Source: Rebecca billardiae RCC1528
Taxonomy: Eukaryota > Protista > Haptophyta
DNA: 64,000 nt
Assembly (NCBI GenBank): GCA_965240325.2
Contig: OZ251235.1
Location: 1,984,001 to 2,048,000 of the forward strand
Direction: 5' to 3'
The notes under the pieces are model-generated. The model did no database searches. It worked only from the letters and a program-made list of their open reading frames with translations, and had not been told where the DNA came from. The translations under genes and the position numbers were made by a program. This document shows, in pieces, positions 22,682 through 33,046 of the stretch (positions are counted from its first letter, which is position 1; every line of letters starts with the position of its first letter).

Positions 22682-23363
22682 CAGGTGGGTGAGGGCAGAA
22701 TGAGACAAAATCCCGGATCGTGTTTTGCGCTCCACCACGATGGCGCTCACGCCCTTCGCGCACGTCGTCGTGGAGGGCATCAGACGAAGAGTTCAAGCTG
22801 CGAGTCTCGTGGGCTAACTCCATGCCGTTGAGGAGCACGAGCACCATCAAGTTTGTCTCACTTTGGGGGGGTGAGGGCACTTTGAGACGAACCGCGTGCG
22901 CACGCCCGACGAGCTCACCAACTGGGGAGAGCAAGCTTCCCATGGGCTCTTGGCGCGTGTCTGACGTCCCTACTACCTCCCATGGCATGTCCAGCCGTCA
23001 GGTTGGCGTCCCCTTGCAGTAGTAGACTACCTTGCTCACGTCACTGAAGGGCACCGTGCATCGCGGTTCGCGGCCGTCTCAGTCTCAGACACAGTGGCGG
23101 GCAGCACGTTCGGCGGCTACGTTTGGTGCGTGCAGGCCAGGCATGGGCAGCGGAGCGGCCTGCAAACGAGCGGAGGTGCCAGGCATGCACCTTGGGCACA
23201 CATGTGACGCGTCTCGACAGACTTGCGCCCACCTCACCGGGCGCTGTAGCGCGTGCGAGGCGGGCGCCATGCACCACGCCCACGGTGGGCGCCACTGGAC
23301 CGCCACTGGGCCGCCACCTTTGTCTCAAAGTGCCCTCTGTCTCATTCTGCCCTCATCGACCTG
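22682..23363. mobile_element. Non-autonomous Tc1/mariner-pogo-type TIR element (682 bp)
   Basis: 26-bp TIRs CAGGTGGGTGAGGGCAGAATGAGACA and rc CAGGTCGATGAGGGCAGAATGAGACA (24/26 identical), TA on both flanks, plus an internal inverted pair 22873-22888 / 23322-23337. Confidence 0.85.
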
Positions 23364-23888
23364 TAATGAAGAACACGTGAGCGATTTTCGACTAGTAGCT
23401 TTTCGTGGGCCCGACCGCGACGAGCGAGCGCGGCCCGTCCGGCGAGTCGTGTGTCACTCCTAAGGTCCTAGTATGGGGGTAGTAATCATATGCCACATAT
23501 TGTGTCCGGCATGACATCCAGCGGTCCAGCCCGCAGCATGCCGAGCGAGATGAGCAGCCTGGGATGCCGGCACGCGCAGATGGCCAGCATACGTTGAAGT
23601 GGCACCCATGGGGGCTGGCGGCACCGGGTGTCGCTGAGCGGCCTGCGCCAGAGCCGCCCGTCCGCCGTCGCAACTCTGAGCACGGGCTCAGCCACGACCA
23701 ACCACGCGCGTCATCATAAGCTCGGAGTCACGGCCGAGGTGCTCACCATGTGGAGCATCGTCGAGGCAAGGGACGGCGTCGCTTCCATCGAGCCCAGCGA
23801 GAGGCGGGGCAGCACACGCACGTGCGCACGCACGCGCAGGTGCCTGAGCCGCGCCCACGGCCCGGGCCACGCGCGCCCGTGCCTAGAC

Positions 23889-24597
23889 CTAGACCTTCAT
23901 GCCCTCGTCCTCATCGAGCAGCGATGCGTAGTGCTGCTTGTATTCGGGCGCGCGCACGGCGCCGGGGCCGCCCTTCAGCCCGCTCGCTTTTTGCTTCATC
24001 TTCTCCAGCCGCCTGACCATCGCCTCCTTCACACCTGCGGGGCCCGCGCCGCGGGGCGGCGTCCAGGCGCGCGGCGCGCGTGCGGTCAAGGCGCGTGGCG
24101 GGCCGGGCCAAGGCTCCGCAGGCGTGCGGCGCGCTTCCGCGGCGCATGCGACCGGAGCATGCAGCGCGCGGCGCGGTCGGGTGATGGCACGAGCGGGTCC
24201 CGGTGGCCGCCCCAACGGCCCCGCAACCGCCCGCACCTTTGGGCTGCTTCTTGAACCTTTCGTTGTCGACCTGATCTGACTGAATGCGTCGGAACACTTT
24301 GTCCGCGTCCCCCCCCGTCGCGGCGTCCTCCTTGTCCATGATCTCCTGGAGGATCTGCATGGCCATCACCTCGTCGGCGGAGACCTGCGCGCCCTCGGCG
24401 ATCGAGGCGGGGTCGAGCGAGTCATCCGAGATCTGTAGCAGCGTCTCGATCGCTTTGTCGAGCTCCTTGTCCGCCACCTCCTCGTACACGCTGGTGATCA
24501 CCGCGCGGTCGATGGTGGGGAACATCTGCTGGAGCTGTGAGACGGCCTCAGTGGGCGCATCGTCGCCAAGGTTGATGAGGTCACCGCCGGCTGCCAT
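23889..24597 (-). CDS. CUE-domain ubiquitin-binding protein. Inferred intron 24035-24236
   Basis: AVSQLQQMFPTIDRAVITSV...LDKAIETLLQI carries the MFP...LL CUE signature, followed by a UIM-like DEVMAMQI segment. Confidence 0.82.
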
Positions 24598-25225
24598 GGT
24601 TGCGCGTCCAAGACCCGGTACTCGTCGCGGGCACAGCCACCCGCTCGGTCCCCGCCTTCCGCGTCCACTCACAGCACACCGCGTTGGGAAGCCGGGCGAG
24701 ACGATCGCTCACTGCTCAGTGTGTCGCCGGCCGGACTGGGTATCTGCCCTAGGACTTTTCAAACACCCGGAATTCGAGAACGATCGCCAGCTGGTTGGAA
24801 GATGATTATCTCGGCGTCAGCCTTTTCTATTTCGGCCGTGTGTATTCCGCCAATAGGCAGCTCTCCTTTTGCGCCTACACGCCGGGCGCCCAGCACTCAT
24901 GGTTGGCACTCGCGGTGAGTTCTACCATAAGTTCTTCTTTACCCCTCTGAGAGTCAGTCCGGAGCGGCGTCCGGGGGAAAGGGATAAATCGTCGGTTTCG
25001 GCAAACAGCGTGGCGATCCCGCGAGCAAACAGGCGCGCGGCTGTGCGCAGGCGCGTCGTTCGGACCGGTCGCCAGTATCGGCGGCTTTCCGCGTGCGCTC
25101 TTCGCGGGCTTGCCCACGAGCGCAGCTTGGAAGCTGTGGGGCCCACCCGCCAACGCCAGAAAGCCCCACCCCCACCCTCTCGAAGGGCTGGCGGGAAAAG
25201 GCCCACGGGCGCGCGACGGGATCGC

Positions 25226-27904
25226 ATGGAGACGTGCGCCTCGCCGACCAAATGCAGCGGGGCGGGGGGCGTGAGTGACGTGCACGATGCTGGCGTCACC
25301 CCCGCCTCGCCCAAGTCTGGCGCGGCGGCGGGCTCAGCCGGCGGGCACGGGCTGAGCGGCGGCGCGCACGACTCTGCCGCGCCGCGCGGGCGCTGCGCGG
25401 GCGCGGTGGCCGGCGCCGGCGCCGCGAGCGAGGGGGAGGCAGCGGGGCGGGGCCCAGACACCGCCATCCTCCCAGCGAGCGCGTCCGCCGCGCCCGAGCC
25501 GTCTGCCGCCGGCGCCGCGGCCGCGTGCTCGGCGGGCGCGTCGCGAGCGGGCGGCGGCCGGCACCGTCCCGCCTCGGCAGAGCCGCCGCTCGTCGCGGGG
25601 GCGGCGACGGGCGGGCTGGCGCGCGAGGAGAGCGGCGAGCGGGACGAGTCGGACGACTGCTCCGAGCTCGCCCCCGGCGCGCCGCTCCCCTTCGACGTCG
25701 TCAAGCTGCGCTGCCACGGCATCCGCGAGGGGTCGTACCAGTGGGAGCTGAAAACAGCGCCGAGCACGGCCGGCTGCGCGGACGTGGAGTCGTCGAGCGG
25801 CCCGCGGCGCGCGCCGAGCGCGCCGAGCGGGCCGTGCGTCCGCTCGGCCGCGTGGTACGCCGCCACCGCCGCCGCCACCGAGCTCATCGCCTCGTACAGC
25901 CACGAGCACGTGCGGCTGACGATGGCCTACACTGACGAGCAGCGCACGGAGGCGCTCAAATTGTTTCGAGATTTGAACCACCTGAGCCTGCGCGGCGGGA
26001 TCTCGTGCGAGCGCGTGGTGACGCACGCGGCGTCGCACACCGTGCTGCTCCAGTTCAAGGAGCACCTGCACGCCTGCGCCGCCACCTTCGACCTCTCCGA
26101 GCACTGCGTGATGCTGCGGCTGCTCGCCACGCACCCGCGCATGACACGCCACGGCTTCGGCAAGGTGGTGGTCCACTTCCTGAAGGAGCTGGGGCGCGCG
26201 CTGGGCAAGGTGGCGATCATCGCGTACACGTACCCCAACGCCGCCCTCTTCTACGAGGTGCGCGCACCTGCCGCGCACCCCGCCCTCGCGCGCGCGCGCC
26301 GCCGCACGCCGCGCCGCGCCGCGCCGCGCCGCGCCGCGCCGCGCCGCGCCGCGCCGCGCGTGGTGCGCTCTCGCTCCGACGCGTGTGCGCGCGTGTGCGT
26401 GCGTCGGGCGCCGCGCCGCGCCCGCGGCGTGCCGCAGGCCATGGACTTCCGCGCGACGGGGCAGATGGAGAACGAGATGGCCTTCAACATCCAGCGCTCG
26501 ATGGACGACGTGCTCGACTCGCTGCGCGATCTCTCCGAGTCTCACCCTTACGCGTGCACGCGCCGGTCGCGCGAGGCGGCGGGCGGCAGCACCAAGCTGG
26601 GAGCGTACACGGAGGCGGTGGCGCAGCCGCAGCTCTCCGTCGACGGCGCGCCGCCGACCCGCTCCGACGCCTCGTGCGCCAAGACCGAGGCGAACATCGC
26701 CAAGATCTGGGACCACAGGCCAGCGGTGGACGGCCGCGGCTCGGAGTATCTCGTGCAGTGGCATGCGCATTCGATCGAGGGTTCGGTGTGGGAGCCCGAG
26801 TCGGAGCTGAAGCGATGCCGGCGCGCGCTGCAGGCGTTCGAGAGCGCGCACGCGCGGATGGTGCAGGGCATGCCGCCGTCGTGCCGCCCGCCGCCGCTCT
26901 TCGGCGCGGTGTCGGCGGGCGGCGGCGCGCACGCCGCAGCCGCGGAGCGTACACCGTCGGCGCTGTCAATGCCGCCGGCGGGCGCGGACGGCGCCGCCGC
27001 CGCCGCGCCCTCGCCGCCCGCAGGCGCGGACGCGGAGGGCGCGCGCGAGGGCGGTGGCGGCGCGCGAGCGCCGCCGCTCGGCGGCGGGCGAGCGAGCCGC
27101 TCCCGGGGGGCGCTCTCGCCCGCGCCGAAAGACGGCGGGGAGCCGGCAAGCGAGGCTGCGCCGCTCCCAGGCACGCCGCCGAGTGACGGTGGGAGCGGCT
27201 CTGTGGGCGGCGCGGGGCGGCGCAAGCGCGCAAAGCGTACCGACCCGTGCTTCCTCGCGGCACCGGGCGACGCGCCGACCGCGCCGCAGGTGCTCGGCCC
27301 GCGCAGGCGACACTCGCGCGAGGACGGCGGCGGGGCGGGCCCGCCGACGCCGCCCGCGCGCCCGCCGCCGCTCGCGCCGACGTCGGCTGAACAAGCGGCG
27401 GGTCTGCTGGCCGCGGCGGGTCTGCTGGCCGCGGCGGGTCCGGGCCCGGCAGCCACGCCGGCGGCGGACGGGCCTGCGCCGCGCGCCTCGCCCGCGGTGA
27501 GCCCTGCGCGTCGTGGCCGCGCGCAGCCGGCGGCGGGCCAGCACGCGCTCGCGGCTGCCGACGAGCTGGCCGCAGCGACGCGGGTGCGCGCCGCGTCGCG
27601 CTGTGTGCCATCGGCCGCGCGCGTGCTCAGGCGCCCGCCCGTCCGCGCGCCGCGCTCACCCACCCCCCCCCCCCGCGCCTCGCGTCCGCTGCGGTCCGAC
27701 GCCCACCGCTTGGCGCAGGAGCAGGGCTCGCCGTGCGACTCTGGCAGCAACGAGCCGTCAACACCGCCGCATCCGTCGACCGACCTGCCGACGCCGACCG
27801 TCGGCAAGCGCCTGAGTGCCGGCGGCGCAGACGACATCCGCCCGAGCAAGGCGGCGCGACCGAGCCCCGCGGACACCGCCGCGGAGGCTGCCCGCCGCGC
27901 CTGA
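25226..27904 (+). CDS. GCN5/PCAF-like GNAT acetyltransferase with chromodomain. Inferred introns 26258-26437 and 27584-27718
   Basis: GNAT motif A LLATHPRMTRHGFGK and motif B YTYPNAALFYE|AMDF. Chromodomain IAKIWDHR...EYLVQWHAHSIEGSVWEPESEL. Confidence 0.75.
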   Translation: METCASPTKCSGAGGVSDVHDAGVTPASPKSGAAAGSAGGHGLSGGAHDSAAPRGRCAGAVAGAGAASEGEAAGRGPDTAILPASASAAPEPSAAGAAAACSAGASRAGGGRHRPASAEPPLVAGAATGGLAREESGERDESDDCSELAPGAPLPFDVVKLRCHGIREGSYQWELKTAPSTAGCADVESSSGPRRAPSAPSGPCVRSAAWYAATAAATELIASYSHEHVRLTMAYTDEQRTEALKLFRDLNHLSLRGGISCERVVTHAASHTVLLQFKEHLHACAATFDLSEHCVMLRLLATHPRMTRHGFGKVVVHFLKELGRALGKVAIIAYTYPNAALFYEVRAPAAHPALARARRRTPRRAAPRRAAPRRAAPRVVRSRSDACARVCVRRAPRRARGVPQAMDFRATGQMENEMAFNIQRSMDDVLDSLRDLSESHPYACTRRSREAAGGSTKLGAYTEAVAQPQLSVDGAPPTRSDASCAKTEANIAKIWDHRPAVDGRGSEYLVQWHAHSIEGSVWEPESELKRCRRALQAFESAHARMVQGMPPSCRPPPLFGAVSAGGGAHAAAAERTPSALSMPPAGADGAAAAAPSPPAGADAEGAREGGGGARAPPLGGGRASRSRGALSPAPKDGGEPASEAAPLPGTPPSDGGSGSVGGAGRRKRAKRTDPCFLAAPGDAPTAPQVLGPRRRHSREDGGGAGPPTPPARPPPLAPTSAEQAAGLLAAAGLLAAAGPGPAATPAADGPAPRASPAVSPARRGRAQPAAGQHALAAADELAAATRVRAASRCVPSAARVLRRPPVRAPRSPTPPPRASRPLRSDAHRLAQEQGSPCDSGSNEPSTPPHPSTDLPTPTVGKRLSAGGADDIRPSKAARPSPADTAAEAARRA

Positions 27905-28291
27905 GGCTGAGGGCGGGCGGGCGGGCGGGCGGGCGGCAGGCGGGCTTCCGCTGTCTGCCCCGGGGCCGCGGCCGCCGCCGGCTCTCGCACTGGCAGCGTG
28001 CGCCACCCCTGCTCCGTCGTCATGGTGAGGCCGAGACCGGCGCTGAGTCTCCAAGTCCAACTAATGCTGCAAGATGGCGATGCGCCGAGCCTGCAGGCAG
28101 TGCAGGCCCAGCGGGCCGCGGCCTAGAATAGTCCGACTAGTCCGTGTCCGCCTGTCTGGCACCGCGCGGCCCGTGCCCGTGACAGGCGGGACGGGAATGA
28201 CTCGGCATTGCGTGCCGTCCAAGCTGCATGAATGAGCTGTCTTGTAAGTTGTATCATTACTGTATATTATTTTATAACTATATCAGTCGTA

Positions 28292-29309
28292 TCCCCTTTA
28301 TAATAGGCCTTACTCCGCAGTAGTCTGCTTCGATCTATACGAAGCAGCAGATTTGGGTGGGCGGCGGCGTGGGAGCGCTGGGCGCGCAGGTAGACGGCGC
28401 GAGCGGGCGCGCGCACGCTTGGGGGCATCTTTGGGACCATACCCATCGATGACCCGAGCCTCGCCGCCACCGCCCTTCCCCTTCTCCCGTGCCACGGCGT
28501 CCAGACGGAGTGCCAAACGAGCGTTTGAACATGCCACGAAGCAGATTTGGAATGGTGCTCAAACCGCTGCGGAGGTGATCATCAGGCCGCTGCGTGAGGC
28601 TGGGAGGGGTATCATAACATAATGAATGACAGTCGTCACCCGTGCGCCGGTCGGTAGGCTGCTACTCAGCGCCCGTAGGCTCGTACGCTGCACCTCGAGC
28701 TCAAGATCCCTCACCGTGGGCTCCGCGCGAGTGACACTGAGCACGAGGAGGGTGTACTTGCGAGGGGTACACGCGTCGCGCCTGCGATCGACGCCAAGAC
28801 AAGCGAAGAAGCGATACCACCAGTCCCGCCAAGCGCCTGCCTGACTTGCACTCGGTGTACACACCGCGTGCGGCGTGCCGCAAGGGAAGGAGCCCGACCC
28901 GTGCCTCAGCGTGTCCCGCGCGACTGGCTGGTGGGCACTTTCAGCGTGATCGGTCATGCGAACGCGCGCAGAGTAACGCGCGCAGTATGTACACTGTCTA
29001 CAATCATCTTTGTCGGTCGCCCACGTGCTTGAAGCGGCTGCAAGGAGTGCAGCCGGGTGTCGCGGGCCAGTCGAGCGCCCAGCCAGCACGACGGCAGCTC
29101 GGCGCCGCCGCGCGTTGCCATCGTGGAGGCGGTGAAGCTGGAGGTACTAGGCTGGCGGCTGTCTGAGGGTAGCTAGACCATGCCTGGACACTGTCAAGCC
29201 GTGTTCAACGCCCAGGCGCGCGTGGGTGGGCCGCAAAGCGCGCGCAGCGGCCGCCGTCAAATCTGCTTCCATACGAAGCAGATTGAACTGCGGTACCCTC
29301 ATAAGGGGA
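28292..29309. mobile_element. Degenerate ~1-kb TIR element with hairpin-containing termini
   Basis: 28290-28367 resembles the reverse complement of 29250-29311 (TATCCCCTT...CCGCAGT...TCTGCTTCG...GAAGCAGATTTG..GGCGG). TA sits on both outer flanks. Confidence 0.6.
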
Positions 29310-29586
29310 TAAACGCGGCATCCAGAGTCCAGTATCTTCTAAATGGTCAATATCTATTGATGGACAGCGGTTTACGCCTTTTATTAAACTGTCAAGATCA
29401 TAGATTCATAGTACTAGTAGATGAGCCGCGGCGGTGGATGAACAGTCTACTTCAATTACTACTACAGCATAAGCGGAAACGGCGTTCAATTCATTATTCA
29501 GGCTCCACCAAGGGGCCAGATTGCGCGCCACCAGCTTGCACAGCGTCGCGTCAGGTTGCCGTGTTCCCCGTTCGTCACGCCCGAGG

Positions 29587-32500
29587 ATGATGCGCTGCGC
29601 GGCGTGCGTGCTGTTGAGTCTGTCGCCGGCGCTCGCGGCGGAGCACCACTCTCTCGGCCGGCCGGTGCTCCGCGACTGGAGCGCGGTCTCCGACCTGCGC
29701 GCCCGCCCGCACGGCCCGGCGTCCGAGCGGCTGCACCTCTCGTTCACGGCCAAGGGGCGGTCGCACAGCCTGAACCTGACTCACGTGGACGACTGGCCGG
29801 CGGACGCTCGGGTGACGATCGTGCGCTCCGGCGTGCGCGAGGACGTGCCGCCGCCCCGGCTCGCGACGTACGCCGCGGTCGGCCGCGACGGCCGCACGCA
29901 CGCCCGTGCCGTCCTCCTCCCCGGCGGCAAGGTGCGCGTCGCCGTGCGTGACGGCGATGATGTGCTCACGGTTGCGCACAGCTCGGCACGCACTCTGCTG
30001 CGCGGCGGCGCGGAGGCGCCCGAGGTCGTCGCGTACCACACGCGCGACGTGGACCTCGGCTTCGCCGACGACGCGCTCGAGCCCGGGCACGAGCTCCTGT
30101 CCGGCGCGCTCGCCGCCGCGAACGGCGCGCACCGCGGTCACGGCCGGCGCCTCAAGCGCTTCGGGAGCTGCCCGGGCTCGAAGCACAGGCTGGTGATGGG
30201 CGTGGTGCTCGACAGTCTGTTCACCGGCACGGTGGAGGGCGCGCTCGCCGAGTTCGCGCAGATCCTCGCGAGCGCCAACCTCGTGTACGAGGACCAGCTC
30301 AACCTGCGGCTCGTCGTGGACAACCTGATCGTGTTTGAGGGACACTCGCCGCCCGGCGACCCGAGCCTCCCGCCCAACTTCCAGAACGGCGGGCTGCCCT
30401 CGTCGGACAACCTGTGCCGGACCGAGGCGGACAGCTCGATCGACTCGAGCGAGCTCCTCGGCGCCTTCACCTCGTGGGCGAGCTCGCGCGCGCCCAGCCG
30501 CACCCTGTGGCACCTGCTCACCGGATGTGACGTACCCGGCTCGACGGCCGGGCGCGCGTACACCGGAGTCACGTGCGGCAGCCCGGCCAACACCGCCTGG
30601 ACGTCCGACATCGGCGCGGCGACGTGGCTGGTCTTCGCGCACGAGGTGCGCGCGCCCGCGACCCGCGCCCGCGCCGCCGCCCGCGCGCGCCGCCGCGGCC
30701 GCGTGCGCGCCGCCGCGAGCGGCGGCGCCCCAGCGCGCGCGCGCTGCTGACCGACCGCGCGGCGCGCGTCGGCACGCTCTGGTACTGCCCCCGCGGCGTG
30801 CGCGCACAGGTGGGCCACAACCTCGGCGCGAGCCACGTGCCGACGAGCACGGGCCTCGGCATCATGAACCCGTCCGTGTCCAACACGCCCTCCTTCCACG
30901 CCGCCTCGGAGAGCCGGCTCTGCGGCCACGTCAACTACATGATCGGCGCGGGCTGCGTCACAGCCGACACGGGCGCTGGGCCAGTGCAGAGCGTGACGGT
31001 TCACGAGGATTTCGCGGAGCCGTGCCAGCCGAGCGACAGCTACGAGCTCATCGCGCGCGCGAACGTCCACCCGGAGTCGGGCACCACCTACATTGGCAAC
31101 TGGTACCAGGTGCCCGTGCGCGTGCAGGTGGGCGGCCTGCTGCCCGCGGACGGCGTCGGCGCGAACGAGAGCACCTGCAGCCCGCAGCTGCCGAGCGTGC
31201 AGGGCGCGGCGGAGTGGGCGTGGTTTGAACTCGAGTGCTACCGGCAGGACTTCACCGCGGTCGCGTTCCGCGGCGGGGTGGTGCGCGTTAGCGTGGACGC
31301 CGGCACGCCCGGCGACTGGTTCCCCGTCGCGTACTGGCCGGACTTCTCCCTCGAGCCCCGGATCACGATGTCTGTGAGTCTCTTTGTCGTCGACGGCGCC
31401 GGGCGGGTGGTCGCAGACGCAGAGGCGTCTTGCATCGTGCTCAACGCGTACGCGCAGGCGGTGGGCTGCACGACGGGCGAGATCGAGATCGGACCCGCGT
31501 GCGAGTCCTCGCCGCTGCCGCCGCCGCCGACACCGCCGACTCCGCCCACTTCGCCGCCGCCGAGCGCGCCGCCGCCGCCGCCGAGTCCGCCCAGCCCGCC
31601 GCCACCGAGTCCGCCGAGCCCGCCGCCGCCGAGCGCGCCGCCGCCGCCGCCGAGTCCGCCCAGCCCGCCTCCACCGAGTCCGCCGAGCCCGCCGCCGCCG
31701 CCACCGCCTCCCTCGCCTCCACCCTCGCCTACACCTCCGCCCTCGCCTCTGCCTTCGCCTCCGCCCTCGCCTCCGCCCTCGCCTCCGCCCTCGCCTCCGC
31801 CCTCGCCACGGCCGCCGCCGGGCGCGGCGCAGACCAGCTCCTCCGCCTCCTCCTCGTCCGACGGCGGCGGCGACGACGACGACGGCGACGGCGACGAATC
31901 GTCGAGCGACCCGTGGTCCGCGGGCAGCCGCGTCGAGGTGGCCGCGCAGATCACGCTCAGCGGCACCGTCGAGGGCTGGCGGAGCGCGGCCAAGCGCGAC
32001 AGCCTGTGCGGCGCGATCGCGCGGCCACTTGGCATCGGGCGCGAAGACTGCCGGGTGGATGAGGTGATTGCCGGCTCCGTCGTGGTCGCCTTCACGGTCG
32101 TGCAGGGCGAGTCGTACGACGACGCGACGCCGGTCGCGGACAAGCTGCTCTCCGTCAGCGTGCAGAGCGCGCTGCGCGAGACCATCCCCGCGGAGACGGG
32201 CGAGAGCGTGCTCGCCGACCCAACCGTCGAGTCTGTGCACGAGTACGAGGGGCAGGGCCAGAGCGCGGTGGTGAGCCGCCGGAGCGGCTTCCTGCCCGAG
32301 GCGACCGTGATCGCGGTCGGTGCCGCGGCCGGCGCCGTCGGCCTCTGCCTCGTGGTCGGCGCTGTGCTCGCCATCAGGTGGTGGCGCCGTCGCGCGGCCG
32401 GCGGCCCCGACAGGCAGCGCGCGGATGGCGTTGGCGACGTAGTCCACGTGACTGTCACGGCGGCGACGCGGACGCCCAGGTGGTCTGCGGCGTCCGCGGC

Positions 32501-32693
32501 GCAGAAGGCCCCCGCCGCCGCTCCGCAGCCGCCCAGGCAGCTGGAAGAGCCTCGAGCGGCGGCCGCTGGCCCGCCGTCGGCGGCCGCACCCAAGCTCTTC
32601 GCTTGGCCGTTTGCGAGCAACCGCCAGCAGCGTGGCGCGGTGCCAGCAGGGTCGTCGGCAACACCCGTCGTCGCGATTAGCGGCGTGGTGTGA
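29587..32693 (+). CDS. M12B reprolysin/ADAM-like zinc metalloprotease, type I membrane protein with Ser/Pro stalk. Inferred intron 30646-30809
   Basis: Signal peptide and prodomain. HE|VGHNLGASH zinc motif is restored by splicing, followed by Met-turn GIMNP. TM segment VIAVGAAAGAVGLCLVVGAVLAI then RWWRRR. Confidence 0.9.
31509..31820 (+). repeat. Coding SPPP/SPPPP extensin-like repeat
   Basis: About 100 codons of Ser-Pro repeats. Confidence 0.9.
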
Positions 32694-33046
32694 GAATGGC
32701 CGACGATAAGATTTGCAGCGCGGCCCGATCCGCCTTGGTTACAACCTTGAACCTATGCTTACTACGCGTCTCTGATGTATGTCTCTGACGGTCACTGCTG
32801 TGCGCGTGGGCTCGAGTGACACACGGGGCCGCGACTGGCCGGGGAAAGTGATGCTGGGTAACTCACAGTCGTTTGTAAACTACTAAGAATAAGAGACGCA
32901 CACAGCTCAGGCAGGCGAGATACGTCGTCTCAGAATCTCAGGACGATCGGGCTGTGATGCAGCGATTTCATCGCCGCGATTTGTCCGGTGCCGGTTGCCG
33001 TGCAAGCCGGCGCCGGCTGGCGCCGGTCCATGCTGGGATCAGCAGG

